Source of the DNA: Stylophora pistillata
Taxonomy: Eukaryota
Length of the DNA: 64,000 nucleotides
Assembly (NCBI RefSeq): GCF_002571385.2
Contig: NW_019218194.1
Coordinates: 183,800-247,799, forward strand
Direction: 5' to 3'
Shown here piece after piece: positions 60,817 to 64,000 of this stretch. The notes under the pieces are model-generated. The model saw only the letters and a program-made list of their open reading frames with translations. It had not been told where the DNA came from and did not search any database. Positions within the stretch are counted from its first letter, which is position 1; the number at the start of each line of letters is the position of its first letter. The position numbers were made by a program, and so were the translations under genes.

Positions 60817-61885
60817 ATAAAAGAGGAAAACACAGGCGAAGAAGGGATACCACCAGTTTAACATTTAATTCACAATGAGACAAATCTGACAAATTTGCAT
60901 CAAAATATGAAGAACGAATTTAAAATGGTTCATCCACACAAATTACAGACTTGGTTAAGCTCGGTCAAGCAATGTGGAATTATCTTGCTTAAAATTAACT
61001 TAGAAAATTTGTGAGCTACAAACACCCTCATGTGCTTGATTTTAAAATTTTATTTAATATATTCTGTTACTCAAAATTCAAAGGGTGGATGGGACCCGGT
61101 GAAACAGCCTATTCAATCTCTCTCAAAATTCATATTCCACGAAAATTACGAGGTCGCAACGGTACTTTTTACGAACGAACTTAACGAGGTGGCCTCCATT
61201 GATCTAACGTTGACTAAAACAACTGGCTAACATAAGGGCATGCATCAATTTCTTTTTCAAAGCAAAGCAAAGTTTTCTAGTTGGTCGACGAAGTCCAAAC
61301 AGAGTTTTAGTTCAGAAAGACTAGAAGCACAAACGAGTGAGTGTTATGCGAGTCTCACTCAACCCCAAACATATTTCGTCTTCATACGTTTCTTTGAATT
61401 TAGCATTTGCTGTCAAAATCAAGACTGCGACCGGTTGACACACCTCCGACACCCCACATGTTTTGACCAATCAGAACACTCTAAGTACATTCAACGCAAG
61501 TGCGATCACATGGCGTGTGTCGGCTGGCGTGTGATAAAAGAATTATTCCTCGAGTCTCACCTTAAAATAAATAATTTGAAAACTTCGTATGGGTTGTACA
61601 ATGCAGTGCGCAATTTCTTTGAAACGTTCCCAAAAGTTCTGTTAAATTAACCTGTCTCGATACAAATTCCTTACATCAATGATTTGAACTAAGCACGTTT
61701 AGGTTGCCCTGGATGCCCCTTAAACCCATCCCTCACATTTGATCATCAACAGGTATTAAATGCTCAAGTTGACCGGGTTCGCCGAGAATTTTAGCCTGAA
61801 AAAAGCCAAATTCAAGGAGAGATGGAGATCTAAGATACTTGGCGAGGGGGTGGGGGTAGGGAGGGATGGGAGTGAGATAAAGATA

Positions 61886-62274
61886 CTTCAGTTCTACTGT
61901 CTGAGATCCGATACAGTTTGAGACTACTACAAACAACTGTGAAACGTTAGCGTACGCTTTTTCCTTACTGAAATATCTAACTGGCCATTTAACTGTCTGA
62001 ATCGCGACTTGAATTCTTTTATTGTTCAATGGTCTTTCAAGAAATCAAGGCGTTTGCAAATAACAGAATGATCTGGCCTTACGCTTGAGCTTCCCAACGC
62101 ATCATAATCTCTTGCATATGAAAGGCAAACTCCTTCAGTTCCACTGTATGAGATCCGATACAGTTTGAGACTACTACAAACAACTGTGAAACGTTAGCGT
62201 ACGCTTTTTCCTTACTGAAATATCTAACTGGCCATTTAACTGTCTGAATCGAGACTTGAATTCTGTTATTGTTC
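61886..62274. repeat. ~140-bp near-identical direct duplication
   Basis: cttcagttcYactgtHtgagatccgatacag...ttattgttc at ~61886-62027 and ~62133-62274. Confidence 0.85.
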
Positions 62275-64000
62275 CTAATTAGCAAAGCACACAGATTTAT
62301 CAGTCTTCCTCGGGTCCTATCCGATTCATCTCTAAAATGCCCCTCCCAATTTCCTTAAACCAGAAACTATTTTCAAAAACACTATTGAGATGGAAATTGA
62401 CTCCGATACGGTTTGAGAAGACGAAAATTGAAATCATAACATTAGTGATACTCTTCTCCGAAGACAGCAACCTAAGCAAACCCAAACCGAGTTACGTAAC
62501 GGAAGCACACCGGGTTAGGTTGCAAACCGTGTTTGCTTACTTTGAGTATCGGCGCTCTTGAAGTGAAGGAATTTTTTTTCTGAGTTGGAAGCAGGCCAGT
62601 CATCAAATAATCTCCTTTTCGCTTTTTTTTCCCCGATAAGTTGCACCTTGTTCTTTGAGCTAACATTACTTGAACGTCTCCTACACTTGACTCTTTCATC
62701 GCCGGGTTTTTTTTTTTTTTTTTTTCAAAAAAATGAAAAAAAACAGACATTTTGAAAAATAAATAAAAACAATAACAGACAATAACAACTCACCGTTACC
62801 GCGTTATTACAAATAGTCAACTGATCAAGGAAATCCAAACAAAGCCTTCAACTCACAGAGACTTACAACACAGTTTGGTACAAATTAAGCACTGCAACTA
62901 TTATCCCCCGTAATCGAATATTTCGCCCTTAATATCTTACACCACGTAACCTTGCACGCATCCCCATCAGAGCGCTATGCTATGTTTTCACGTGCAATGA
63001 CAATGGTCAACTCGTGGAATCATAGGGTATCGCTATCTCCAGCGTGCAATCACAAGATCTAAATTCATTGACTGCACTGTAAGGATATCCCCAACTCTAG
63101 TAAAACGCTCATTGATATATCATTTTTTTAGACTTAATCCTTACATAATTTTTAACAAGGTCACTTGTAAAGTTCCGGCTAAAATTATGTTGACTCCTTA
63201 AGAATTGAACGTGAAAGTGATCGTCTAAAAGCCACCCATTTAAGTGAAGAGAAGACGGACTTTTGTGAGTTGGTGTTTGAAACGAAGTTTTCGTATGAGG
63301 CAAAGTAATTTGTCTGAAGCATGGTAGAACCTTCCATGAGTCCATTGTACATAAATGTGTGATCAATAAGCGGTTACTATATATAGATGACTGGTGTGTC
63401 AGATTACGATATAAGGTGGCACTTTTTTTTTTTCTTCACCAATCACTGGATGAGCTTGCTGCGTGCTCGCCCAGTGATACTAAGACAAAGCTTGCAATGA
63501 TTCAGGTATGCAAAATGCATTGTATTTAGTGAACGATTGGGGAATCTGCCTCGAAGTTCCCTTGTGCCTAGTTTGGGTTCATAAATCCAGACCGGAAGTG
63601 CTGCGGTTCTTGTCATTAGACTCCTGTCGTTGTAAAATCGCCAGTGACTGGTTCGTTTTCCACTGTTCGCCAGGACAGGCTGAATGAAAAAGAGGTCGAC
63701 AATCGACTTCCACCCAATTTCGTCGATAACAAACAAAATTGTTCAAAACAAAATTTAATCAAACATATGCCATATTTACCCAAACCTTGACACCATCTGA
63801 AATATTCTGGCAAAACACAATGGGCCACGAATTACAATTTTTATTCCTCGGGCAAAGAAAAAAACTCTCTCAAATCACGTTTTTTCGGCTTGAGAGCATG
63901 TCTCTCATCCGGGGAACGCACCAAGGAATATTGACTACCACGTGCGAGAGAAGCCGACAGCAAGAAATTGCAATACCCGGAAAATGGAGGACTTGTTTTG

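Noticed and set aside
62472-64000. Short ORFs at the window end
   Set aside because: No recognisable motifs or consistent exon structure.

Overview
AT-rich, intron-rich, repeat-dense animal genomic DNA with assembly gaps; the repeat families and gene structures suggest a cnidarian, probably a stony coral (inference). Four host genes can be reconstructed by eye. (1) The 3' part of CHTF18 (Ctf18 clamp-loader AAA+ ATPase), + strand, ~2909-19877. (2) An uncharacterised 8-exon gene with three degenerate ubiquitin-like domains, + strand, 23667-31741. (3) A small single-pass membrane ORF with a PPxY motif, - strand, 34631-34909. (4) A complete 14-coding-exon type I fatty acid synthase (KS-MAT-DH-psiMT-ER-KR-ACP-TE, ~2417 aa), - strand, 37241-58250, with a motif-dense candidate promoter near 59.7 kb. 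The introns hold a nested mobilome: a near-intact BEL/Pao LTR retrotransposon, Penelope-like elements (some with hammerhead-like motifs), tRNA-derived SINEs, TTAA-targeting (Kolobok-like), hAT-, pogo- and P-like MITEs, a Helentron-like element and Crypton-derived double-hairpin elements. The most unusual observations are a small tRNA-cored repeat that inserts as an inverted, TSD-flanked, circularly permuted unit like Penelope elements, a FAS pseudo-methyltransferase that retains the His/Glu catalytic pair, and the tandem-Ubl gene.
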